DNA of 64,000 bases, from the IMG/VR virus record IMGVR_UViG_2919450847_000005, positions 1-64,000 of that record. The stretch is one strand, 5' to 3'. Within the stretch, counting starts at the first letter, position 1. Each line of letters begins with the position of its first letter. The notes below the pieces were generated by a model that worked only from the letters and a program-made list of their open reading frames with translations, did not search any database and was not told the origin of the DNA. This DNA is from a virus. Its lineage: Duplodnaviria > Caudoviricetes. Position numbers and translations under genes: made by a program. Positions 1 to 7,841 of this stretch are shown here, piece by piece.

Positions 1-678
1 TCAATCCCTGTATCGCCCACCATTCTGTTCCTGTTCGTCAGTCTGCCGAGAAGTCCTTGCCTTACGGATTTCGTGAAGGCGATTGCTGAGCTCTGCAATT
101 TCCTGATCGAAGATCGAGAGGTCTGGTGCTGAGCTGTTCCGTCGCGAGCCGAGTTCTGTCAGGTCTTTTGGATTGCGCGGACCGCACCTGTCGCGGGGAA
201 TGTATGCATAGGGTTGCACTTCACCCAGTGGGATTATGAGCATTTTGACAACGTCATCCCGCGGGCTCCGCTGCTCAATTGCGATCCTCGCGCGGGTGAG
301 TTGCGTCTGAGCGTAAAATCCAAGTGTTCGCATAGTTTGAACGTCGATCGCTGCTTCTTTGCCAGGGAGCGGCGCCATCACAAGAATATCGAGCATCGAC
401 AAGGAAGATCGCACTTCTGAGAGCGAGTCACCGGCAAAATACAAAGACCCGTAGCCATCCTTTATCATTTTCGCAGCTTCGTAGAGAGAATTTGATATCC
501 GCCGGAACATGTCCTCAGCAATCTCATAATTGATTTTCTTTTGTTCAGCCTCGGCGTCCAATCTCTTGCGATCGCTGCGTTGCCCCTGCCACCATGCAGC
601 CCAGATCGCCAGTATGGCGCCGACGGCCTGCGCCCAACCGGACAAATCCCCGGCTGACATACCCGCTGCCTCTGTCAT
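1..678 (-). CDS. Hypothetical membrane-anchored protein (moron-like, lower GC)
   Basis: ORF 1..726; likely start MTEAAG at 678 after GGGGAA; N-terminal hydrophobic helix WAQAVGAILAIWAAWW followed by a charged helical region. Confidence 0.65.
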   Translation of the reverse strand: MTEAAGMSAGDLSGWAQAVGAILAIWAAWWQGQRSDRKRLDAEAEQKKINYEIAEDMFRRISNSLYEAAKMIKDGYGSLYFAGDSLSEVRSSLSMLDILVMAPLPGKEAAIDVQTMRTLGFYAQTQLTRARIAIEQRSPRDDVVKMLIIPLGEVQPYAYIPRDRCGPRNPKDLTELGSRRNSSAPDLSIFDQEIAELSNRLHEIRKARTSRQTDEQEQNGGRYRD

Positions 679-890
679 GAGGAATTCCCCCGCCCGCCAG
701 AATGGGTCGCCTATGATGCTCGACATTTCTCACCTCAGAAATGAGGATGGCAGGATGCCTGTCGGTGTCCAGATGGGGCATGCGGCGCGTCGAGATGCAC
801 GGCGGTTCAAGCCGGTGCGTGCCGATGCGTTGCGCGATGGGCGGGCATGTGCGAGTGTTCGCCAAATCGGACGAACCAACGTCGACCGAT

Positions 891-918
891 AAAAAAGAGG
901 CCCCGCCAAAGCGGGGCC
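891..918 (-). terminator. Rho-independent terminator
   Basis: GGCCCCGC-caaa-GCGGGGCC stem (899-918); A-run at 891-896 reads as a U-tract on the minus strand. Confidence 0.75.
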
Positions 919-950
919 AAGTCCTGCGGAGAAATTGCCTGTCGGGCCGA

Positions 951-1070
951 TCAATGGCTCGGCAGGCGCCGGCAGTGAGAGCGGACATGCTCCCACCTTC
1001 CAAAGCGGTGGCGCTTGTAGTCGGTGACCGACACTGGCGACACCACGGGACAAACCTTCTTCTTCGTCAT
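951..1070 (-). CDS. 39-aa basic peptide (below the ORF-track cutoff)
   Basis: Translated by hand: MTKKKVCPVVSPVSVTDYKRHRFGRWEHVRSHCRRLPSH; GGAG RBS 9 nt upstream; terminator directly downstream. Confidence 0.7.
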   Translation of the reverse strand: MTKKKVCPVVSPVSVTDYKRHRFGRWEHVRSHCRRLPSH

Positions 1071-1411
1071 CTTCACTTGCTCCTAGTTGAGCGGAACATC
1101 CGCTCGGCCCTTCGGCACTTCGCCGAAGTTGGTAGGAGGATTGACGCGAAGCGCCGACCTAGAAGCCGTGACGCAAGATTTATCCTAGGATGAAGTTAGC
1201 CGAGCCGCTCTTCGGCGCCAAGCCCGATGATAAAACAGAACGGGAACGAAAATGATGCCCATGGGGATGAATTGTCCCTGGATGTAATTCAGAGGGAAAA
1301 AGGGCAGAAAATTGCGTTGCGAAAACTGTGGATAAGTTCGTGCATCGCGGGTAGATCGACTATCGAGGTGGCGGAAATTTGCGTCGCGCAAATCCGGGGT
1401 AGGACATAGCA

Positions 1412-2128
1412 ATGTGTAACCTCTACAGCCACCATTCAAACCTGCAGGCGATCACCGACCTCGTCGGCACCCTGCGCAATGGCGCCGGCAACCTGGCGCC
1501 ACAGCCGGGCATCTATCCCGACTATCCGGCGCCGATCGTGCGCACCGCCGCCGACGGCCAGCGGGAGATCGTCATGGCTCGCTGGGGCATGCCGACATCT
1601 CAGGTCGTACAGATGGAGGCCACGAAGAAGCGCGCCGCCAAGCTGGAGGCGAAAGGCCAAGCCGTCGACTTCAAGGCTCTTCTGCGGATGGAGCCGGATA
1701 AGGGCGTCACCAACATCCGCAATACCGCCAGCCGCCATTGGCAGCGCTGGCTCGGCCCCGAGCATCGATGCCTGGTGCCCTTCACATCGTTCTCGGAGCC
1801 CCCGGCCGGCGCCAAGGGGCCCGACACCTGGTCATGGTTCGCATTGTCGCCTGACGAGCCGCTCGCCTTCTTCGCTGGGATCTCGACCACTTGGACGGGC
1901 GTGCGGAAGATCAGGGAGGGCGAAATCACCGCCGACCTCTACGGCTTTCTCACCACCGAACCCAATGCGGTGGTCGGGTCCGTCCACACCAAGGCCATGC
2001 CGGTGATCCTCACCACGGCAGAGGAGCGCGACGTTTGGTTGCGCGCGCCATGGGATGAAGCGAAGGCGCTTCAGCGGCCGCTGCCGGACGATCAGATCGT
2101 GATCGTGGAGCGGCCGGCTGCAGCCTAG
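1412..2128 (+). CDS. SOS response-associated peptidase (SRAP/HMCES-YedK family, abasic-site crosslinking protein)
   Basis: N-terminal MCNLY with catalytic Cys2, ARWGMP, NIR, RCLVP, H-x-x-AMPVIL motifs. Confidence 0.92.
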   Translation: MCNLYSHHSNLQAITDLVGTLRNGAGNLAPQPGIYPDYPAPIVRTAADGQREIVMARWGMPTSQVVQMEATKKRAAKLEAKGQAVDFKALLRMEPDKGVTNIRNTASRHWQRWLGPEHRCLVPFTSFSEPPAGAKGPDTWSWFALSPDEPLAFFAGISTTWTGVRKIREGEITADLYGFLTTEPNAVVGSVHTKAMPVILTTAEERDVWLRAPWDEAKALQRPLPDDQIVIVERPAAA

Positions 2129-2391
2129 AACGGCGCTTGGCACGACCACTCTTTAGCTTCGGCCTCGCTCTTGATCGGTTGCCAGCTTGCACCCTTGCCG
2201 CCACACGGCCCACATCTCGCCCTACGCGCCATCTCATCGAGGCTGCCCATCTCGGCGACTTGGCTGTGCTTCATCAAATCGTCAGTCGTCAGCACCGACC
2301 GATGTCCGCACTTCAGGCATTCGAGGCCCATGCGCCAACCGTGATTGCGGAGGCTGAGAATATTGGGCGGGCTATAGCTTCCTTGGACCAT
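2125..2391 (-). CDS. Small zinc-ribbon protein
   Basis: CLKC...CGPC pairs; start MVQGS inferred. Confidence 0.6.
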   Translation of the reverse strand: MVQGSYSPPNILSLRNHGWRMGLECLKCGHRSVLTTDDLMKHSQVAEMGSLDEMARRARCGPCGGKGASWQPIKSEAEAKEWSCQAPF

Positions 2392-2416
2392 GTCAATCAC
2401 CCTTGCGCGGCATCCT

Positions 2417-2635
2417 TCAGCTTCCGCGAGGCCCGAGCCCGGATGTAACCCCAACTCGTTTCTTGCCTTGCTTCCTTGAGATCGGCCTCATGAACTGGCC
2501 GGCGATCAGCAGTGTCCGGATCGCCTCGCGCGCGTCGCCGCCACAAGCCGCTATGGCCTCATCAACATCCACGTCCGTGATGACAATAGGCTGCTGTTCG
2601 GCGGGCGGCTGCTCGCTCGGCATGGTCGGCTCCAT
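2417..2635 (-). CDS. Small hypothetical protein
   Basis: 72-aa ORF with DVDEAIAACGGDAREAIRTLL helix; LexA box just upstream. Confidence 0.6.
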   Translation of the reverse strand: MEPTMPSEQPPAEQQPIVITDVDVDEAIAACGGDAREAIRTLLIAGQFMRPISRKQGKKRVGVTSGLGPRGS

Positions 2636-2662
2636 CGGTTGATGGGCGGATTGATTCCATGA

Positions 2663-2677
2663 GAACGAAAATAGAAC
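2663..2677. promoter_or_regulatory. Alphaproteobacterial LexA (SOS) box
   Basis: Exact GAAC-GAAAATA-GAAC (GAAC-N7-GAAC) in the intergenic gap between divergent genes. Confidence 0.75.
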
Positions 2678-2740
2678 AAGCCCTCCGGGGTAAGGGGTGA
2701 TAGAACCTCCTCTCGGTGCTCAACCGGAGGAGCGACGCAA

Positions 2741-2980
2741 ATGGCGAGCGTGACTTATTACGTGGTGCTGCCGTTCGTGCGGAATGAGGAGGGCGACCTC
2801 GTCGCCCTGGAAGCGATCGAAGCGCAGAGCGCCACCTCGGCGGCCTCAAAGGCTCTCGTTCTGTCTCGGCAAAACGCTGGCGCGGTGGCCTTCTCGCGCA
2901 CCGGTGATCCGAGCCAAGGCGAGTTCGAACCGGCGGTGGTGATCGCGCGCTATGGTGACACGCCGGACGATCTGGAGTGA
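2741..2980 (+). CDS. Small hypothetical protein
   Basis: 79-aa ORF with GGAGGAG RBS. Confidence 0.7.
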   Translation: MASVTYYVVLPFVRNEEGDLVALEAIEAQSATSAASKALVLSRQNAGAVAFSRTGDPSQGEFEPAVVIARYGDTPDDLE

Positions 2981-3018
2981 TCGTCGACAAGCTTGCCGGC
3001 CCACATTAAAATACCGAC

Positions 3019-3237
3019 ATGCGTAACCTCGAAATTAATGCTCGGCGCCTTTGCACAATCGACCTCATGGAAAGAGGCTACAGCCGTGAGGAGGCCGCCA
3101 AGCTTGTTGATCGTTTTTGGCCGGTGACCGCCAACGAGATCCGTGGCGGCCTGGTCATCCAAGGGGAATGGCCGTTCTCCCCGGATGAGATCGCAAAACT
3201 CGAAGCCGACTACCGCGCTCTCGGCAAACGGGGCTAG
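3019..3237 (+). CDS. Small hypothetical protein
   Basis: 72-aa ORF, compact and protein-like. Confidence 0.55.
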   Translation: MRNLEINARRLCTIDLMERGYSREEAAKLVDRFWPVTANEIRGGLVIQGEWPFSPDEIAKLEADYRALGKRG

Positions 3238-3470
3238 GCCAGGATCCCGGCCTCTTCGGCCGCGGCGACGAAGGCGGCCCGGAAATCCGCCACGAAGATG
3301 ACGCCGTTCATCGCGTCAAGCGCGGCCTGACGGGCGGCTCGGTGAAGATCCGTGTCGATGGGCGCCGGCCAGCGCTCCAGCAGAAATCGGGCTGCACCCT
3401 CGACATCCGCCAGAGTGCGCTTGGTGCTGTCGGTCTCCCAGATGAAGACGGGATCCATTGGCATGTACAT
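3234..3470 (-). CDS. DUF982-like protein
   Basis: V-x-x-A-A-x-FLLERWP ... ARQA-x-L-x-A ... FR-x-AF-x-x-AA-x-EAGIL pattern. Confidence 0.7.
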   Translation of the reverse strand: MYMPMDPVFIWETDSTKRTLADVEGAARFLLERWPAPIDTDLHRAARQAALDAMNGVIFVADFRAAFVAAAEEAGILA

Positions 3471-3631
3471 CCCGCAACAACGAGAAGCCGAGGCCGAGGT
3501 TGCGCCAGAAACGAAAAAAGGCCCGCCCTCCTTGAGGAGAGCGGGCAGGGGGGAGAAACGGACGTGTATGGGCGACAGGACCCCGTCATCGCCGGCAAGC
3601 CGCCGTCGGAATCCGCGGCGCAGCGCAGATT

Positions 3632-3850
3632 TCAGATTCCCTCGCGGGTGAGTTGGTCGAGAAAGTGGGGAGGCGGCGGAGCACCCCGCAGCACCGACTC
3701 GGCGGCGTCGCACGCTGCCAGGACGGCGCGGGCCTGCCGCCGGAGTTCGCGGATCTCGCCCATCACGTCGTTGTGGGCCCTGACCACGAAGAGGCGGCCT
3801 GATCGCTCGTCGAAGCCCACATGGTCAGCGCCTGGCACGTTCAGCTTCAT
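3632..3850 (-). CDS. Hypothetical protein, end of lysis cluster
   Basis: Start MKLNVP overlaps the upstream stop (ATGA). Confidence 0.55.
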   Translation of the reverse strand: MKLNVPGADHVGFDERSGRLFVVRAHNDVMGEIRELRRQARAVLAACDAAESVLRGAPPPPHFLDQLTREGI

Positions 3851-4350
3851 CCCGGCACCAGGAAGCGAGGAAGTTGCGCCCCGATGACGATGCCCGCTAG
3901 CAGCGCGGCGATCGCCGTGCCGGCAATGAGCAGAATCCAGCTGCGTCGCGGCACCAGCCCGCCGACGTCGCGCGGCGACGTGACATGCATCGTTCCGCCG
4001 AGCACCTTCATGTAGAGAAGCGCGGCGAGCGCCGGCGAGTTCAGCATCCAGGATTGATCGCTGACCCGCCATACGAACGACCAGAGGCCGATGCAGAACT
4101 CGCTCGCCCATACCAGCAAGATGCCGAGGATAAGCTGCGAGCCCTGATCGAGCTCTCGCTGGGCAAGAAGATTGGAAATGCCCGGCGAGAAAGTGGCGAT
4201 CACCACCGCGGCGACGCACAGCCGGAGGGCATGCAGCACCGGGAAGTAGATCTCGGGGGGCAGAAATGTGACGGCCGCCAAGAAGCCGACGGTGTGGAAG
4301 GCCACAATCCAGAAGAGGTGGCTTCGGACAAAATTCGCGACGGCGCTCAC
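3847..4350 (-). CDS. Multi-pass membrane protein (lysis cluster)
   Basis: Four to five hydrophobic segments; GTGA coupling to the upstream gene. Confidence 0.7.
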   Translation of the reverse strand: MSAVANFVRSHLFWIVAFHTVGFLAAVTFLPPEIYFPVLHALRLCVAAVVIATFSPGISNLLAQRELDQGSQLILGILLVWASEFCIGLWSFVWRVSDQSWMLNSPALAALLYMKVLGGTMHVTSPRDVGGLVPRRSWILLIAGTAIAALLAGIVIGAQLPRFLVPG

Positions 4351-4574
4351 CGGTGCCCCCTGTTCTCAATGTGTCGGATCGCGGCGATCGCGGCGCCCCG
4401 GACTTCCTCTCCGGCGACGCGGAGGTTTTCAGCGGCTTTGACTTGCTCCTCTACGGCGCTTTCCAGGCGCTGCCGGATAGCCGCCGTCATGGCGTCGTTC
4501 GCCTCCGTCGTGATCGGTCGTTGCACGCGCCCGACCCCGAAAACCTTCATGAGTAGGGAAGCCCAAGCGCTCAT
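4347..4574 (-). CDS. Small coiled-coil protein (lysis cluster)
   Basis: ATGA-coupled ORF, amphipathic N-terminus. Confidence 0.6.
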   Translation of the reverse strand: MSAWASLLMKVFGVGRVQRPITTEANDAMTAAIRQRLESAVEEQVKAAENLRVAGEEVRGAAIAAIRHIENRGHR

Positions 4575-4849
4575 CGGCTGCCTCCGCGGTTCATCCCGGC
4601 CTCAACCACTCGTCGCAGGGTGTCGATGGACTCCTTGTTGGCGTCCATCGCTTCCGTGCTGGTGACCAGCGCGGTCGACATCTTCGCGACGTCCTCGCGG
4701 CTTTCCTCCACCCTCTTGTCCTGGAGGTCGTTGATGCGCTGCTGAAGCGCTTCGATGTGCTTCTCCCGCTGCACCAGCAGCCAACCGAAGAAGGCGGCGA
4801 GGAGTCCTCCTGGGCCCCATTCGATCAGCTTCTGGAGGATCAGATCCAT
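4571..4849 (-). CDS. Holin-like single-TM protein with coiled coil
   Basis: WGPGGLLAAFFGWLLV TM then heptad-rich tail; downstream of endolysin. Confidence 0.55.
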   Translation of the reverse strand: MDLILQKLIEWGPGGLLAAFFGWLLVQREKHIEALQQRINDLQDKRVEESREDVAKMSTALVTSTEAMDANKESIDTLRRVVEAGMNRGGSR

Positions 4850-4870
4850 TCCCGCCCCCTGCCGCGCCGC

Positions 4871-5245
4871 TTAATTCCCGAGGGGCTTCTTCGCGACCCA
4901 GCGGCCGTAGAGCACGCCGAACTGCGTTCCGATGGCGGCAAGGTAGCCGCTGAAGGCCTCTACGGTCGGCGGCGTGCCGTCGCTGAAGTCGAGCCCGGCG
5001 GTGTAAAGCGTGGTGAGAATGCCGCCGATGGCGAACAAGGTGACGCGCGAAAGGAACCACGGCTCATTGTTGGTCTGGTTTATGACGACGGCCGACACCT
5101 CCTTGACGATGCGTCCGGTATCGACCGCCTCACCAGCGGCGAGGCCGACAGCCTCCCTCCTCACAGCCGAATGCGTTGCCGCCGCGATGGCAGGCGTGAT
5201 CGAGGCCAGCACGGCTTGCGCCGCCGCCTTTGAGGTCGTGCTCAT
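4871..5245 (-). CDS. Holin-like two-TM protein
   Basis: EPWFLSRVTLFAIGGIL and YLAAIGTQFGVLYGRW hydrophobic segments; GGAGACC RBS before MSTTS. Confidence 0.6.
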   Translation of the reverse strand: MSTTSKAAAQAVLASITPAIAAATHSAVRREAVGLAAGEAVDTGRIVKEVSAVVINQTNNEPWFLSRVTLFAIGGILTTLYTAGLDFSDGTPPTVEAFSGYLAAIGTQFGVLYGRWVAKKPLGN

Positions 5246-5260
5246 GGTGGTCTCCAAATG

Positions 5261-5288
5261 AAAAGGCCCCGCTTCTGGCGGGGCCCTT
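5261..5288 (-). terminator. Rho-independent terminator after the CapRel-like gene
   Basis: GGCCCCGC-ttctg-GCGGGGCC stem; AAAA at 5261-5264 reads as a U-tract on the minus strand. Confidence 0.7.
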
Positions 5289-5312
5289 GTGATAAGCGTA
5301 AGTAAGGACGGC

Positions 5313-6569
5313 CTATTTCTTCCGTTCATCCCATCGGGAATAACGCCTCCTCAGCCAACCGACGTCACCCCAACGGGTTGACGTAGGCGCCACAACTTCC
5401 TGCGGTGCCATTGTGTATTCAACGGCTTCTCGACCGTCACATATTCTTCTTAGATTAGAAACAAACAAAGAAACGTCTCCAAAGTAATTTGGATAGGTAT
5501 CAATCAATTTGTCGACTTTATCTACCTCAACCAATACGGCACGAGAGCCGTCGTTAGCCTCTTCAATCGTCGCCTCGAGTCGACCAAAATCATTCGACAT
5601 TGCGATGGGACTTTGATAGCTCTCGACCTTCACAGTGTGGTCAGGAAAATATCTGATCAGAAAGTATTTTGGCCCTCTCTCGTAGACGAAATTTTCCGCG
5701 TAGTGCGTTGCGTTTTTTATATTCTCCAGCATTGCAGCAGCACCAAGCCTACCGTCGAGCTCCTTTATCTCGGCGATACGGCTTGAATGGTCAGGCATAT
5801 CCTGATGAACTGGACATCCCTCGACATATGCAAACTCCGCTGATGCCAGCGCAAACAACCTCAACCAATCCTGATCGCCCTTGCCGTGTTTAAGATCCTG
5901 ACCTCGGTATAGGCTGACTGCTTCCACGGCCGTTGCCCAAGCATGTTGGAGGCGCGTCCGTACTTGAAGTTCAATACGGCGCCCGTCAAATGCTTCGGCT
6001 TCCTTTGAACGGGGACGGTAAATAAAGACAACATGGTGACTACGATAGCCATCACTCTTAGGATTGTCGATATAGGTATAATGTTGGCGAGCATCGTGGG
6101 GAAATTCGTCGCCGATCGCGGCCAACAGCGAGCGAACACCAGCTATTTCGTCCATGATCGCTCGGCATCCACCTAGGTCATTCATTTGATCGAGGCGTAC
6201 GGTCGATTCCCTTAGCTTGCGGCGTATCGATCCCATTGTCTTGGGTCGCGACGCCATTACGCCATATGCCTCAGCTTTATTCATTCGGTGGCGAACAGAA
6301 TACCTGATGCTTCGCATGGGATAGATATGCGAATCCCGCCAACTATTGGCTACCGTGAATGTTTCGACAATTTCTTCGTGAGATTCCGGCGTGAAAGCCA
6401 GATGCCGAGAGAGATGCTCCCCCGCCTTTCGGACGGCATTCATTGTGAAGGCTAGGCGAGGATAATCTGCCATTGGCCCCAGGTGGCGGATCTCGCCCGC
6501 CACCTCCTCGGATGCGCTGGAATCGATAGTTGCAACCTTACCCATGATGATCGTTGATTCACAACCCAT
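5313..6569 (-). CDS. capRel: CapRel-like fused toxic small alarmone synthetase plus C-terminal antitoxin domain
   Basis: RelA/SpoT synthetase motifs RPKTMGSIRRKL, DLGGCR, YIDNPKSDGYRSHH, ELQVRTRLQHAWATAVE; no hydrolase domain; C-terminal YFLI..Y region and YPNY (YxxY) motif; lower GC than flanks. Confidence 0.85.
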   Translation of the reverse strand: MGCESTIIMGKVATIDSSASEEVAGEIRHLGPMADYPRLAFTMNAVRKAGEHLSRHLAFTPESHEEIVETFTVANSWRDSHIYPMRSIRYSVRHRMNKAEAYGVMASRPKTMGSIRRKLRESTVRLDQMNDLGGCRAIMDEIAGVRSLLAAIGDEFPHDARQHYTYIDNPKSDGYRSHHVVFIYRPRSKEAEAFDGRRIELQVRTRLQHAWATAVEAVSLYRGQDLKHGKGDQDWLRLFALASAEFAYVEGCPVHQDMPDHSSRIAEIKELDGRLGAAAMLENIKNATHYAENFVYERGPKYFLIRYFPDHTVKVESYQSPIAMSNDFGRLEATIEEANDGSRAVLVEVDKVDKLIDTYPNYFGDVSLFVSNLRRICDGREAVEYTMAPQEVVAPTSTRWGDVGWLRRRYSRWDERKK

Positions 6570-6680
6570 TGCACCTTCACAGAGAAGGTTGAGGTAATAG
6601 GGAGATCCACCACAACGTCTCTGGGAAAAGATGATCCTTGACGTCGATGGCGATTGTTTTCGTCTCTTCCATGACGATCC

Positions 6681-7391
6681 TTACGCGGCGACGCTGATCG
6701 GCCGTGCATCGGTCGACCGGGCCTTGGGCAGCGAGGCGCTGTAGGGCGTGACGAACTGGTCGGCCTCGCCGGTGCGGCGGGAGATGATCTCGGAAGGCTT
6801 GCGCCACATCATGATGGCGGCGCGGATCCTCGCGGGCGTCTCGCCGGCATTGATCCGCTTCACAAAGGTCGCACCCGGGAAGGCACCAGTGCCGATGTTG
6901 TAGCAAACCGAGGTGAGCGCATCGAATTGGTGATCGGCCAGGCTCACCTTGATCGCGGCGCGCACCGCGTCCTCATACTGGACGATGTCGCGGGCGAAGA
7001 TCGCGTCCGCCTCGGCGGCCGTGATCGTCAGGCCGGCATAAGGGATCGGCGCGCCGGCGGCGGCGGTGTGGCCGATGCCGATGGTCCAGATACCCTTGGT
7101 GTCGCGATAAGCCGTCAGCTTGCGCGCCTCGCGGCTGATCAGCGCGGCGAGGCCGATCGCGCTCATGCTCTGGCGCGGCGGGGCCGGCGTCGGATCGACG
7201 GTGGCGCGAGCTTCAATGGCCGCCTTCAGCGCCGCCTGCGTCTTCGGGCCGGCGATGCCGTCGGGGTAGAGGCCGACCGACCGCTGAAACGCCACCGTCG
7301 CCGCCGTGGTCAGCTTGCCGGGACGGCCGTCGATCGGCCCCGGCGCATAGCCGAGCTTCGTCAGCTGCGTCTGCAGCTCACGTGGGTCCAT
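6681..7391 (-). CDS. Endolysin (peptidoglycan-binding domain + GH24 lysozyme)
   Basis: GPIDGRPGKLT and DGIAGPKT PG-binding repeats; REARKLTAYRDTKGIWTIGIGH lysozyme motif; QFDALTSVCYNIG. Confidence 0.92.
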   Translation of the reverse strand: MDPRELQTQLTKLGYAPGPIDGRPGKLTTAATVAFQRSVGLYPDGIAGPKTQAALKAAIEARATVDPTPAPPRQSMSAIGLAALISREARKLTAYRDTKGIWTIGIGHTAAAGAPIPYAGLTITAAEADAIFARDIVQYEDAVRAAIKVSLADHQFDALTSVCYNIGTGAFPGATFVKRINAGETPARIRAAIMMWRKPSEIISRRTGEADQFVTPYSASLPKARSTDARPISVAA

Positions 7392-7530
7392 TTCGGTGTT
7401 CCTTGCGATGGGAGTGGAATATGGTTGCGCCGGCCGGCCGCTCGGCTCCCCTGCGAGGCGGCAGGCTCGGCCGGGGGCGTTCGGCAAAGCCGCCCCCGGC
7501 CGCACCAAAAAATGCCCGTTCCGCGTCAGC

Positions 7531-7830
7531 TCAGTCTGGCAGGACCAGCAACTGCCAGCCTGTGAGCGTCGCGTCTGATGGTTCGACCGCGAAGCACTCC
7601 ATCGGTTCTTCGAGATCGAAGAAGGCGGGACGCTCCCAGTCTTCCGGCGGACCCGCCTCTTTCTGGGCAAGGAAATGCACGTTGTTGGTGTCGGCGAACA
7701 CCATGACCCGCTCGCGATACCGGAGCCCGGTGTCCAGGATCTGGTGGGAGACGAGCCAGTAATCGGTGTCGGTGCCGCCAGCGATCGATTGAAGACGGTC
7801 GCGAGTGAAGGTTCGCGCAAGGTTGGCCAT
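7531..7830 (-). CDS. Hypothetical protein
   Basis: Start MANLAR after GGAGAC RBS; in the late operon. Confidence 0.6.
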   Translation of the reverse strand: MANLARTFTRDRLQSIAGGTDTDYWLVSHQILDTGLRYRERVMVFADTNNVHFLAQKEAGPPEDWERPAFFDLEEPMECFAVEPSDATLTGWQLLVLPD

Positions 7831-7841
7831 GGAAAGTCTCC

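Noticed and set aside
1227-1409. 60-aa ORF upstream of SRAP
   Set aside because: No RBS or motif; it overlaps the probable LexA/promoter region.
899-5285. Identical 8-bp stems GGCCCCGC/GCGGGGCC at 899 and 5265 as a mobile repeat
   Set aside because: Identity is limited to a short GC stem; both are explained as ordinary terminators.
5313-6569. Housekeeping relA/spoT
   Set aside because: It lacks hydrolase, TGS and ACT domains, sits in a phage lysis cassette and has a CapRel-type C-terminus.
6577-6672. 31-aa ORF (MEETKTIAIDVKDHLF) after the endolysin as a real gene or a remnant cut by the CapRel insertion
   Set aside because: It has a plausible RBS but is too short to support without comparative data.
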